Source of the DNA: Hyphochytrium catenoides
Taxonomy: Eukaryota > Protista > Hyphochytriomycota
DNA: 64,000 bases
Direction: 5' to 3'
Assembly: GCA_900088475.1 (NCBI GenBank)
Contig: FLMG01000549.1
Location: 62,001 to 126,000 of the forward strand
Part shown: one piece after another, positions 35,141 through 48,480 of the stretch
Numbering within the stretch: the first letter of the stretch is position 1
Layout of the letters: each line of letters starts with the position of its first letter
Made by a program: the position numbers and the translations under genes
The notes under the pieces: model-generated
The model's input: the letters and a program-made list of their open reading frames with translations, nothing else
The model's database searches: none
Told to the model about the DNA's origin: nothing

Positions 35141-37390
35141 ATGTCGAATATCATTGCCACCTCGGCCAGGGGGGCTGTAAGGCATGCTCAAAGGGCGACA
35201 CGCCACCAGCGCATTTTGCATTCGTCGGTCAGCAGGCAGCCAACATATGCCTGTCCCCCGTCGATCCGCCATGGATGTCTGCAGCAGACCGCCACCCTCC
35301 CTGAGAAATACAGCCAGAGCCAGAATCCAAATCGTATTCGGCGGCTGGCCTGGCTCGTCATGGCTGCTGCCAGTGTGGCAGGGCTCAGCGTGTACTCTCT
35401 AAACGAGCAGCTATATCAAGACGAGTCATTACCGAAGCTGCCTTCGTCGCCGAGGAGACGCCAATTGTACAAGGAGAATTCTAAACTGGAGACCGACTAT
35501 GTGATTGTCCAGCGAATCGCCTATGGTGGGTTTGGAAAGGTCCTCGCCGGTAGACACATCAGATCCGGCACTGCGGTTGCCATCAAGCAGATGCCAAAGA
35601 AGAAAGTCAGCAGGCGGAAATTTAAGGAGGAAGTGGACATTTTGACAGATGTTGGAGGAAAGAGGAATATTATCGAACTGAGGGACGCGTTTGAGACGAA
35701 GGACCATTGGGTGATTGTCACCGAACTCGCGCGAGGAGGAGAGCTCTTCGACCGCCTCGTCGAGAAAGGTGCTTACTCTGAAGGTGAGGCAAGGGACTTC
35801 ATGAGGGAGATATCTAAAGCCGTCTCTTATCTTCACGAGAACAATGTCGTACACGGAGACTTAAAACCGGAGAACGTGGTTCTGTCAGCTAAGGATAGAC
35901 CTACCAGCATCCGCTTGGTAGACTTTGGGATGTCGTTCCGGTTCACAGCGCAGCAGGGCAAGGTGTGCAAGGATGGGCAGCAAGGGAGTGGGACTTTGGG
36001 CTACTCATCTCCTGAGCTCTTGACAGGCGGGAAAGTGGGTGCTCCCACCGATATCTGGTCCCTAGGTATCATCCTCTACATCGTCCTCACTGGGATACAT
36101 CCTGTGTATCGTTCAGAAGAGCCTCCTGACTCAGAGGTGGTGAACAGAATTCTAGAGGGAAAGTTCGACTTCAGCAGCCCTTCACTGTGGGGTTCAATAT
36201 CTTCAGAGGCCAAGGATTTGGTCCAGAAGATGCTTTCTTGTGATCCTGCTCAGCGTCCGACTGCTGAGGGTTTGATGGCTCACCCCTGGTTTCAAGTTGA
36301 CGATGCCTCTTTGAGCAAGCAGCCTCTGTCGTCTACCGCTGACCATCTGGCTCAGTATCAAAGAGGAAAGAGAAGGCTCGAGGCGACGGTGTGGGCGGTA
36401 CTGTTGGATGCAGAGGGTGATGCATGCCCTGAGAAGTCCTGGTTGACCGATCTTCTGGATGGGAAAATTGAAGATGATGTTGATCTGGTGTTGGATGCCT
36501 TTGACAAGGATAGGAAAGGCTACATTGATCGCAATGACATCTGTCGTGTGCTGAAAAGTATCGGAGAAGATTATCTGGAGCCTGAAATAGAGGACATACT
36601 ACATGTCGTGGATTCGGGAGAATGCAAGCCAGAACACCTTCAGTACTCTGACATCGTTAAGGTCATGAAGAATATCCGAAGAGGTACCTATAAAATGGGA
36701 CAAGTTATCATTGAAGAGGGAGAGCGCTCGGAAAAGCTGTACAAACTCCTGGATGGAGAGGTAGAGGTTTCTCTGAACGGGGTAGTTGTGGACAGAATCA
36801 AGGCAGGAGATTGCTTTGGCGTTCATGAGCTCTTGCGGGCCGACGGGGACGTACATAAGCGCTTTTGCACTTATCGTTGCGTAAGTGGCACATGCCGTGC
36901 CCTGGAGCTTACGAAGAGAGAAGTCGACATGGTAACGGACGTCCTTGAAGTTGCAGACAGGAAGCTGAAGCGGAAAGCAAGGGAGGAGATGAAGAAGATG
37001 CTCCTCGATTACGTTACGCGGCTGCCAGAGGACAAAGAGAATGTACGCGTGCGGAAGTTTAGCAGTGGTCAGCTGGTGTTTGGGGAAGGCAACAAGGATG
37101 ATCTCCTTTATGTCGTCAGAGACGGAGAGATCGAGATAGTGAAGACGCTACCTGATGGGAAGAAAGTGACGGTGGAAAGGATTGGAAAGGGCGGATGCTT
37201 CGACCCACAACTCTGTCTCGCCACATCCGCTAAATGCATCTCACCTGCCAGTGTGGTGGAGGTCGCAGGAAGAAGTGTCAGAAAGTTTCTTCGAGAATGT
37301 GACTTGCTGATGCAGAGCCTTAGTGATGACAGAGATGAACGGAGCTTTGAGCACCAGCAAATATTAGGCACAGCCACGTCGGCGCAGTAG
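35141..37390 (+). CDS. CAMK/CDPK-like protein kinase + EF-hand(s) + two cyclic-nucleotide-binding-like domains, with N-terminal mitochondrial-type presequence and a TM segment; intronless
   Basis: Kinase motifs AYGGFGKV, VAIK, GGELFDRL, HGDLKPEN, DFG, GTLGYSSPE, DIWSLG. EF-hand FDKDRKGYIDRND. cNMP-like YKMGQVIIEEGE..LYKLLDGEVEV..GDCFG and FSSGQLVFGEGN..LYVVRDGEIEI. Confidence 0.88.
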   Translation: MSNIIATSARGAVRHAQRATRHQRILHSSVSRQPTYACPPSIRHGCLQQTATLPEKYSQSQNPNRIRRLAWLVMAAASVAGLSVYSLNEQLYQDESLPKLPSSPRRRQLYKENSKLETDYVIVQRIAYGGFGKVLAGRHIRSGTAVAIKQMPKKKVSRRKFKEEVDILTDVGGKRNIIELRDAFETKDHWVIVTELARGGELFDRLVEKGAYSEGEARDFMREISKAVSYLHENNVVHGDLKPENVVLSAKDRPTSIRLVDFGMSFRFTAQQGKVCKDGQQGSGTLGYSSPELLTGGKVGAPTDIWSLGIILYIVLTGIHPVYRSEEPPDSEVVNRILEGKFDFSSPSLWGSISSEAKDLVQKMLSCDPAQRPTAEGLMAHPWFQVDDASLSKQPLSSTADHLAQYQRGKRRLEATVWAVLLDAEGDACPEKSWLTDLLDGKIEDDVDLVLDAFDKDRKGYIDRNDICRVLKSIGEDYLEPEIEDILHVVDSGECKPEHLQYSDIVKVMKNIRRGTYKMGQVIIEEGERSEKLYKLLDGEVEVSLNGVVVDRIKAGDCFGVHELLRADGDVHKRFCTYRCVSGTCRALELTKREVDMVTDVLEVADRKLKRKAREEMKKMLLDYVTRLPEDKENVRVRKFSSGQLVFGEGNKDDLLYVVRDGEIEIVKTLPDGKKVTVERIGKGGCFDPQLCLATSAKCISPASVVEVAGRSVRKFLRECDLLMQSLSDDRDERSFEHQQILGTATSAQ

Positions 37391-37679
37391 AGGAGAGCGC
37401 TGGTGGAGGAGTCTCTTACCTCGCACTATATTTATTCGATGGAGTAGATATTAGTCTCACTTTTTTTTTTATTATATTAGGCCTTGAGCCGTCAGGAGCT
37501 GGAGTGCGACTCAGCTACTTATTTGGTATTAGTAACGCATCATGAGATCTCACATACAATCGTTGGCCTAACTCTACCTTCTGACTTCTCGTTGGCAGTT
37601 CACGCCACCTGGAGAGCATATAAAATGGCGCTACCGCTCTCTCTCTCTGCTGACCAAGTCTCTGTTGCCATTGCCATTA

Positions 37680-39632
37680 TTACTTGCCCAATGGAGGAAA
37701 CGACTGGTCATACGCATTGTTTGGCAGCACCACGCCTTGTCCTCTATCGGCGGCTTCACTTTGATTGTAGCTGTATTGATCTCCTCCGCGTCGCCATCCT
37801 CCACCTCCTCCTCTGGGCCCAGACGGTTGTGGGTAGCTGTTGCTATCAGCGAATGAGTCTCCCGCTCCTCCTCGAGCGTAAGAGTCCCCAAGTCTAGGGT
37901 CGTACCCTTGGGAATAATCATGCATCTGCCGCGAGTAGCGATATCCCGGGTTAGGTGTGCCATAGTCCATTGCTTGTGGTGGCGAATGCTGGGGGTACTG
38001 ATACTCTTGATGGTGTGGCACGTACTCAGGGTAAGGTGGCATGTGGGGATGTGGCACAGGATGTTGATAATATCCGTGCTCCATCATTGGCTGGCCGTAG
38101 CTCTCCATAGGAGGAAGATAACTTGCTTGTGAGCTTTCTACCATTCGGTAAGGAAGAAAAGTGGGCCGGTACATGTCATAGTTCCTCGCAAAGTCTGGAT
38201 CATTCATCTCTGCCTCCCGGTTGCGCCATGTAACTTTGCTCTCTCGCCAATTCTTCTTCGCCTCTGCATTTAGCTTCCTAGCTGCTCTGCTATCTGGCCG
38301 ATCAAAACCCCTTCCGCTGCCCTCTGTCTTGGCGATGATTTTAGGCTGAGCACTCGCTTGTCCTGCTACCTTGCCCCGTCCGCCACCAAACCCTACGCTG
38401 CCATCTGGTCCCTTTGCCATGCCATTCTCTATCTTCTGCTTCTCCTTTAGGCTATCGCTACCGCCTTTCGATCCATCTGTACTCTCGGTTCCGAAAATAC
38501 GGGCTCGAGCCTCTGCATACGCTCTTTCTCTGTCTTCCACCGATTTCTTCTCAGTGGCAGCGGAGGGCTTGGCCCCCGCGTTGCCGGCCCCTTGTCCTGC
38601 TCCAGCGGTGCCGGTTCGCTTTTTCATGAGAATCTTAGGCGCTTGAGGTGTCGGTGTTTCTTGCTTGGTCTTCTCTGTCACTAGGTTGATAAACAAGGTC
38701 CGAGGGATCTTGGAACTCTCCGTTTTGAAGAGTACGATGCCCCTTCCAGTGCCTACTTCGAAGTGTTGCTTGGGTATGAACACGGGTTAGTAGGCAATTT
38801 TGATAGGTCCCTGCCTCTGGGAGAAAGTAGACTTACCTCTGCTGCCATTCCCATGTCTAGTGACTGATGTTCCAAGTGGAAGCGTTCGGCCAATCTATGG
38901 ACTAACAGCCGGTGAAACGAGGACGCCGGAGGAAACTCTAACCGCGTCTCCCTACGTGACGAGACCGATGAAGTCACTTGTTGGTCACACCTTTTCTCCT
39001 CAAATCAATGCAGAGCTCCGAGGTATAGAGTGAACAGAAACAGCAAGAATAGGAGGAAGAAAGAGACGAGTCGGGTATAGAACCATCTATCCTCACTTAT
39101 ACAGATGGGGAGAATAGCTTGATCAACAGGTAGAGAATGACTGATGGCTAAATATAGCGAACAGCAACGAGCGCCTTGCCCGTGTGGTGGAAGGAAGGAG
39201 GTAATACTGAGCTCACGGGTAGCATCGCGATGATAGTGATAGCTCTAATGTCCTCTACCTTTCATTTCTCATAAATCGTAGAATCGTATCTTCAAACTTC
39301 AGCAGTGCCAAACGCTCACGGGGATTGTCCATAGCACCTAAGAAGACAGGATCGATGGGCACGTCGTGGTGCGAGGAGGCTACAGCTGCAGTGGTCGCTG
39401 CACTGAGATTCATATATACGCTTGGCTGCTCCACTGGGCGCCCTGCTGCAGAGTCCCCTTTCGCTCCTTTGCTCGAGGCGGCTGCTGGTTGTGAAGATGA
39501 TTTTCCGGACTACGGCCCACATAAGTATTAGTGGGGATCCCTTACGTCCGCTGATTCAGAGCAAGAGTAACTTACCAGTTTAAGCTGTGCCATCTGCACG
39601 GCGGCGGTCGACTCCCAATCATCGTCTGCCAT
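37680..39632 (-). CDS. R3H + SUZ domain RNA-binding protein with Pro/Tyr/Gly-rich tail (R3HDM/ARPP21-like), multi-exon
   Basis: Start MADDDWESTAAV; R3H LEFPPASSFHRLLVHRLAERFHLEH; SUZ KILMKKR...KSVEDRERAYAEARARIFG; ends FPPLGK*. Confidence 0.85.
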
Positions 39633-40700
39633 CTTCTCAAAAATCGCCGGAAATAGAGACTCCTAGGGCGCCAAAGAGATTCAGGATATAGCGCAGCTCA
39701 CTTCTCCCGGACGCCCAGCATGCAGAAACGAATCCTCGTTACTTGAGCCGTCAGAGGGCAGATATCTTAGCTGGTAATGTATCGCAGCCTGCCAGGACGG
39801 GCCGTTTTAGATATCCCACAATATGACGGCGAGTGGAGCTATGCCGACGACCAGTTTGGCCTCATAACCCAACGCATGCAAGCGAATCTTCCAAGCTCCT
39901 TCCCGGAGTGACCAACCCGAACCTCCGCCGTTAACAGCCTGTTTACGCCCAGCGTTGCCGGTAGTCGATCTCCAAAGATCCTGACCTCCGCGTCTGGCCT
40001 CTATCAAGCCGATAACAAGCAAAGATCTATCAATTGGCGGTCTGGAGGGTTGCAGGCAGTCTGGCCTTTCGGGGCACACCTTGGCCTTTCCTCCGACTAC
40101 GGCAGTTGCCCACCTCTTGCGCTTGGCGCCATCAAGCTGTCAGTCTCTCAATCATAATGTGCTTGGAGACCGTAAGCCCGTCTTAATATATTAGACCAAG
40201 CATTGTGTTAGTCCGTACAGTACTGTAGGAGAGAATCATCAACTCGTTCCTAATAACGGCCATTTTTATCGAAAACAGCGCTGGTCCGAGGGGACTTCTA
40301 TCTCCCAAACCCAAGCATTCTTGTTCAAACCCAATCTGTTCAGGTAAGTATCACAAGGATAATATTAGTTCTCCACCAGGCCCACACCTTTAGGTCAAGC
40401 CCACACTACTGTTTGGGAACAGGAATAGCTTTCGCCCTCCACCACAGATCTGATGGTGTGGGTGGATGCGCTCTCCGCTCTTGGCTCAATCATCCTACAG
40501 CTACAGACAGGCAGCCCAAGACGAGAACTCCCGCTCGCGTTCGAGCTTGAGAATCATCGACATCTCAAGGGCACGCTGAGGTTCCACGATCTCAACGGTC
40601 TAGAGACCAAAGCACCAGCTCAGCAGCGGCAATCTTCTTGTTGGTCCTACAACCGACTGTAATATCTGTGATAGTCTGAAAGAGTACATCTTTACACACC

Positions 40701-42320
40701 ATGACCATGAAGGTGAACGTCGGGATCTCTGAGCTTGCCTCAGACCTGTCTGGTTATATGACTACCATTTCTGGCGATCGTAGTGGCGCTCAGTACGGAG
40801 CAGATCTCTTAGAATCACAGGACTACCCGGAGTTTATTCGGAAGTGCTTCCAAGACAAGAACTCGATTATCAATCAGGAGAATGACGCAGGTGTGTTGGC
40901 TACCGCCTGTTCCGATCATCAATTTGCGTACCCACATCACTGTTCCTTGAAGATGTGGAAGGCTGCTTCAATGTACTTTGTGCCTTGGTAAGCCGTGTGA
41001 CGAGCAGCAACGCGCGAAGACAGCTTGTCAAGGACTTCATAGCAGATTTGGTCGACGACACTGAAGATAAAGCCCTTATGCGGCTCAAAGTGTAAGTCAC
41101 AGCAATTATGGTGCGCAGGAAGATGCCATTGAGCTGAAACACATCTTTTCTTTAGGCTCACAAACCTATATAACTTCCTAGAAGAACCCCATGAAAGACT
41201 AGAGGTTCTTCTGGCGGCTCTGCGCTATGCCTCTGCCACTCAGAACTTGAAGCTTCTCAACAGTTATCTGCCAAAAATTTACGAGAGCATCGAATCATGG
41301 AACGTATCGAATGAGGAAAAGAGAGAACTCTATCACACAGTGTTTCAGGTTCTTAACGAAGCCGACGAGAAGAGGTAGGGCACTGCCATGCTGACTTCAT
41401 TAGGTGACCTTAGAGCTGAGAGCCTTCGTCGACTCTTCCTGTAGTGCCCTGTCTCAAGAGTATTTGAGGAAGTATCTATTGACCTTTCAGGACGCCAGCG
41501 ATGAAGATCTAGCGGCGGCTAAGGAAAACGTTGCTCACGGTGCCGTTGCCTTTATCCGCCAACCTATTGAAGTGTTTGCCCATCATGACAGCGTCTTAGA
41601 GCTGCCCGTGGTTAGACAGGTCAGCATGGGTCTGGATTAAGCTAGACTTAGAGATGCAGCCATTGAATTGACAGTTTATTTTTTCTGTTCTAGCTAAGAG
41701 ATGATCCTGAGTATGCCAAGCTCTTCAGACTTCTCCAGATCTTCTCAATTGAGAGGCTAGCCAACTACATGGAGTTCTATAGCAAGAACAAGAGCGTTAT
41801 CAAGCAGTATGGTATGCGCATGCTCACACATAGCTCGAACAACAAAGTTCTCATGGTGTACCCGGCCTTTTATCCTCGTATCAACTTAACATCTCCAGGT
41901 CTTGATCATGAGGCCAATGTCAAGCACATGCGACTCCTTTCCTTGTGCTCGTTGGCTGCAGACCACACCGAAATTCCCTACAGCGAGGTGGCTGAGACCT
42001 TGCAAGTGGATTTGGAAGAAGTAGAGAATTGGGTGGTGGAAGCTATTACCTCAGATCTGATGGAGGCGAAAATGGACCAGCTGCGCCAGGTTGTCTCTGT
42101 GAGGTAAGTCTCCGCCTACATCTCAGATCTAGTAGTTAGGGCAAGGAGTCGCTTCGAAGCCCTTACTAATTGCCCTTTTGCTTATTGTGTCAGATGGTTT
42201 GCTTGGAGAGAGTTTGGAGACAAGGAATGGAGGCATCTGGCCTCGAAGTTGAAGACTTGGACCGCCAACGTAAGGGGCTTACTACAGAAGATTGAAGAAA
42301 GCCGGTCGAAGCGGCCCTAG
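40701..42320 (+). CDS. EIF3M: Translation initiation factor 3 subunit M (PCI domain), multi-exon
   Basis: DVEGCFNVL, MRLKVLTNLYN, KYLLTF, LFRLLQIF, GLDHEANVKHMRLLSLCSLA, EVENWVVEAITSDLMEAKMDQL, REFGDKEWRHLASKLKTW. Confidence 0.9.
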
Positions 42321-42437
42321 AGAGACACTGATGACAATAGATTGTTAACAGTTTGTGTCACATTGTCCCAGCCCACCACCAACCTATAATCCCAAAATGA
42401 ACTCTAAACACGCTTTTAGGGTCAGTCAGCACAGAGT

Positions 42438-42475
42438 CTGATGGCTGTGCCTCCTCCTGATGGCTGTGCCTCCTC
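42438..42475. repeat. Perfect 19-bp tandem duplication (ctgatggctgtgcctcctc x2)
   Basis: Read directly from the sequence downstream of EIF3M. Confidence 0.9.
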
Positions 42476-42940
42476 CTTCCGTCACATTCCATCCCCTTAG
42501 TTGCTCTTCGTCTTCTTGCTTGGCCGCTGGCATGTGAAACGTACTGCTCTTTGCCCGGTCATGTCCTGACCTGCTTCAAACAAGTCGTGCAGCTTCATCA
42601 TGGGAAATGCCCAGTGCCTGTGCGTGATGGCTCTTCAAAGTTGGACTGATAACTTCCTACAGTTGTATCAAGAACTGTTGCCTCTCTTTGTGTAAACTGT
42701 AAACGTAGCTATCCTTCGACCACAGCCCCTCCAGGAGTTCGCAGGCGCCGTTTGTGTGAGCGGCGGCCTAACAACTGTACAGGTAGAAAGCCAAGTGGAG
42801 AAGTACAAGACAGCGAAGAGAAGTTCACAACCTGACGTTGGGTCATCGTTATCTCTCTCTGCAAAGAAGCATTTCTCGTTCAGCATAGCGGTGGATGGCA
42901 CAGATTCTCAAGAGTGGACGTTATGTGAGTCCGAGAGCTC

Positions 42941-44461
42941 ATGGCTGCCCGCTTTGGGCCGCCTGACGCTATTTTCAGCAGGATGATGATAATCCGGCTT
43001 CAGAGTCAGCTGTCACGAAAGAGTAATCTCTCTAACCTTCATGGAGTGTCTGTGCTAGAAGTAGGGGTCCAGTGCACTATAGCGGCACTTATTGCCATCT
43101 GCTTTGCGGAGAATGGTGGAGACCTTGCCCAGCAAACCTTATACGAGGGGTTAAGGTTTACCAGTAATCTCTACCAGCTATTGCTCCACGCATTCTCACC
43201 GATCTATGGTAGCACTGAACGTTGGATCAGCGCTGAAAGGGCTTCTGCAGTGTATTTCTGGTCAATCGATTGCTGGAATGTTCTCTATGTTGCTCTCCTT
43301 GGGCCTACACTCAAGGCCACCATCTCGTTTCTACCGCTGGTAGGCTATGGGCTATGGTCCGCTGTAGATGTTATCCAGGTACTTTTTGGCAGGCTACTGG
43401 TGGCCACGTTACTGCCTATAGCGTCAACGGCTAAACTGCTTTTTACAGAGGCCATCTTCTTGTTCTTGGCCCTGAGGCCCCTAGAAGATGAGCTGCCAGA
43501 GCAGCACGTGCCATCCGCTTCTCTCAGAAGTAAACCGTCTCTGCTAGATGAAGCATTCGATCCGCACAAGCTCTATTCCCAAGCGGTTGCGTTTCTACTG
43601 GATAACATGGGATCGTATTATATGGTCCAAGAAGATGACAACTTATCGGCTAACTCCAAGCACTACGTGCCCACTCTGCTCATAGACCCAGAGCATGGCG
43701 GAAGCTCTACTTTGCCTTTTGTTTTTGGGGCTGTTGTTGGGGTCCTCCTCACCGTAGTGTTCCTCGGCAGCGCATCTGGGCGGCTGTTAGAAGGGTTTCG
43801 ATGTTCTACACGCCACACTCTGCCGTCTCATGACTTTGAGGAAGTTGCAACGAAAGAAGCAGGTAGGGCTGTGAAGCAGTCGAATCGAAGGAACTATGCA
43901 CCACTCGTTAGTGGACGAAAGCTTGAAGCCTGCTCTGCCTGCATCTCTGGAGAGTCGGTGCCCACACCTTGGGAGGGCGGAACACCTCCTACTTCAATGG
44001 TGTTGCCTGCTAGCAAGCTCTCCGCCGTCCATCGCGTACTGGAAGGTATGATCAGGGAGAGGTTCGCTTTCTATGGCCTCGAGCATGGAAGTATCAAGTA
44101 TCTAATAACGTCGAGCACACGGTGGAGCAGCGTCTTACAGAGGCACCCGACAAGTCGATTTGAACTGGTCTTCCATGGAACTGCCTGCGGGAACCTAGAT
44201 GGCATCGTCAGAAAAGGGTTTAGCGTGAATAGAAGGTCCAAGCAGCTCTTTGGCCCTGGGGACTACTCCTCCATTGACCCTCGTGTGAGCGTAGATTACT
44301 GTTGCCAGAGGAAACGATTGCTGGTGTGTCTGCTGATAATAGGAGAGGAAGGCTTTGACACATTCTATCATCAAGAGACAATCCGACGGAGTTTGGGCGC
44401 TAACCAGCTAATTCCTGTTGCCATCGTGGATTCTTTACCGAAGAAGACATTGGGTCAGTGA
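42941..44461 (+). CDS. Membrane protein with C-terminal PARP/ADP-ribosyltransferase-like domain; start may be ATG 42983
   Basis: 506-aa open frame; hydrophobic segments such as LPFVFGAVVGVLLTVVFLG; C-terminal LVFHGT..NLDGIVRKGF..LFGPGDYSS..VSVDY..RLLVCLLI..NQLIPVAIV follows the PARP catalytic-domain motif order. Confidence 0.72.
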   Translation: MAARFGPPDAIFSRMMIIRLQSQLSRKSNLSNLHGVSVLEVGVQCTIAALIAICFAENGGDLAQQTLYEGLRFTSNLYQLLLHAFSPIYGSTERWISAERASAVYFWSIDCWNVLYVALLGPTLKATISFLPLVGYGLWSAVDVIQVLFGRLLVATLLPIASTAKLLFTEAIFLFLALRPLEDELPEQHVPSASLRSKPSLLDEAFDPHKLYSQAVAFLLDNMGSYYMVQEDDNLSANSKHYVPTLLIDPEHGGSSTLPFVFGAVVGVLLTVVFLGSASGRLLEGFRCSTRHTLPSHDFEEVATKEAGRAVKQSNRRNYAPLVSGRKLEACSACISGESVPTPWEGGTPPTSMVLPASKLSAVHRVLEGMIRERFAFYGLEHGSIKYLITSSTRWSSVLQRHPTSRFELVFHGTACGNLDGIVRKGFSVNRRSKQLFGPGDYSSIDPRVSVDYCCQRKRLLVCLLIIGEEGFDTFYHQETIRRSLGANQLIPVAIVDSLPKKTLGQ

Positions 44462-45373
44462 TGAGAAGAACCGAGAATAATCTTATAACTAGCCAGACTA
44501 TATGGACTGCATCAGTAAACCATTGAACGTTTCCATAGCTTGTCATGTCGTCACTAGAACATCCTTGTTAGGCAACGTCCTAAGGCAATAATCATTGAGT
44601 TCTACAATCTGCACGTAAACATAAAGCCCGTAGATCACATAGTTCTATCAATGTACTACTTACTACTGTACTACTGTATGAGTTGAAAGCTAGCTCCAAG
44701 GAAGGGTCATAGCGTTGCTAGCGGAAGTATGGCTTCTCCAGTCTGGCAGGAGACTGGCCCTAGGAGTTCTACAGCTTGGAATGATACAGCACTTCACCTT
44801 ACAACGGGAAGTTCAGACAACAATAGAAGTCTGGCTCTGAAGATTCAACAACCAAACAGATTTTCCATCCTGGACTAAGTGAAGGGACTAAGGGGCTGGT
44901 GATTCGTGTAGGAACTGTATTATTGCAGGAAGGCCAAGGCATCATGATGCCTGCGTGAGGAAGAAAGTTGAACCTACACAAATCCGTCACAATACTGGTG
45001 TGAAATCTGCCAATCCCTGTGAATAACTTTACTTTAAAAATTCTGTTATTTAACAAACTCCGTCAGTTTTGGAATTAGCTTCGAGGGGTTACCTGACAGA
45101 TTGTTTTTTACAGCTATTTTGTTGGTTAATTCAACTTCTTTTGAGATTCTCAGAATAGACATGATGGGTGAGGCTTTCGCTGTGTTTGTCTAATATATCT
45201 GTGAGAGCATGATGCTCTGTGTTTGTGGCGTGAGTAAGCTTGTTGAGTTGACATGTTCTGATGGAAGGAAGGAAGCACCCGACCATCAACTCTCCAACAG
45301 CAGTAAGCTCTTGCGGTGTTACATAGTTCTATATACTATACTGGGTAGAGGCCAGCAGGTCCTGGAGGCAGGA

Positions 45374-47093
<1,720 letters not shown>

Positions 47094-48480
47094 GACTTAT
47101 AAGTATCAGTCGGTCGTCCAGTAAATACTTGAACAATAAAATAGACTTGCCGTCCTAGACTTGTACTTTCTACTTGCTCAATCAGCATACACAAGTGGCA
47201 TTACCTCGATAACGGCCCACACGAAGGCCTTATGGTTCCCAAAACCGATTGGACTTGGACTTGTACTTGCTCAACAAGGCTACCTTCACACAAACGGTCA
47301 TCAGGCATCATGGATTGGTCAAGATAGGACATTGAGGTTGAAAACTAGTCGTACTATTCTGGGGGCGGTGGGAAAAGAATCTGGGAGACGAAAGCACCAT
47401 GAATGCTAAGAACAACCAATCACATTCAACCGCCGAGACCAGATTAGCTCCTGATTGGCGGATACGAAGACTGGGATCAGCACACTTAGCTGGGACACAA
47501 CGAAATTAACACTGTCTTGGACCTTAAACAGTGGAACTCCTAGAACTATTTGGCTCTGAAAGCAATCACAACTGTGGATCCTAACAGAATGTACCCCAGT
47601 TGATGTACAAGAGAGTCCTTACAAGAGGGAATCCGCCTAGTTTTCACTAAATAAGGCCAAGAACACGAGAACTGTTGCCTGTCTGTGCTCACCCTATTTC
47701 TTAGGTACCTTGTGACTTTGTGTATTTTTTGGTTGTGAGGTCAGTTGGCGCCGCAGCTAATAAGGGAGCACGGGACTCGCACAACAGCGAGACAGAGCGA
47801 TGAGAGGAAACCAGCTAGAGTGGCTACTGTGAAGTCATTAAGCCTGTAAACAAGATGAGGAGATGAGAACTTGGAAGCTCGCGAGACGAAGCTGGCAGGC
47901 GAAGAGATGTGATGCTGTTTCTGGCTTGAACGACAACGTTAGAGAGGAAGGGGCACTCCTAAAAAACACATCTGTTGGGGCCTTCACTACCCCTAATACG
48001 AGGCCACCCCTACCCCTTCACAATGCATACTATCTCCTAGCTATTGGGGGCGGCTTCCATGTCATCCATCCCGGGACAAGGAGCTTCTACGGAAGTGTTA
48101 CTTCTTTGTGATGATAAAAGTCTGGCGCCAGAGTCGCCGTGGGCCCTGGCGTCTTTCTGCCTTTGTCATGAGAGACCGAAAGAGACAGTGCAGAGCAGTT
48201 CCACCAGCTCCCAGCACCCAGCAGCAGCGGCACCACGGCTGACAGTGAAGAGGGCGCTCTCTCGTCTAGCTCATCAGTCTACTTTCTTCCCACCAGAGCC
48301 TCCTGTTGCACTCAGCATAGGCTCCATTCATCTTTCCCATTATTACCAGTTTGCTGTTACGGGTGCAGACGTTCGACATCCTCAGCGGTGTGGAGCTTTG
48401 TCCACGCTTGAGCCTTTGCTTATCGTTGCTACCTGTTTAGGCAAGCAGAGAGAGTGAGATCAGTAAGGACAGCGGGAGCC

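Noticed and set aside
39807-40079. 90-aa ORF upstream of the R3H gene
   Set aside because: Non-ATG start and no domain signature; probably promoter sequence or a chance ORF.
44780-45160. AT-rich segment upstream of DAHP synthase as a transposon
   Set aside because: No terminal inverted repeats, TSD or transposase motif visible.
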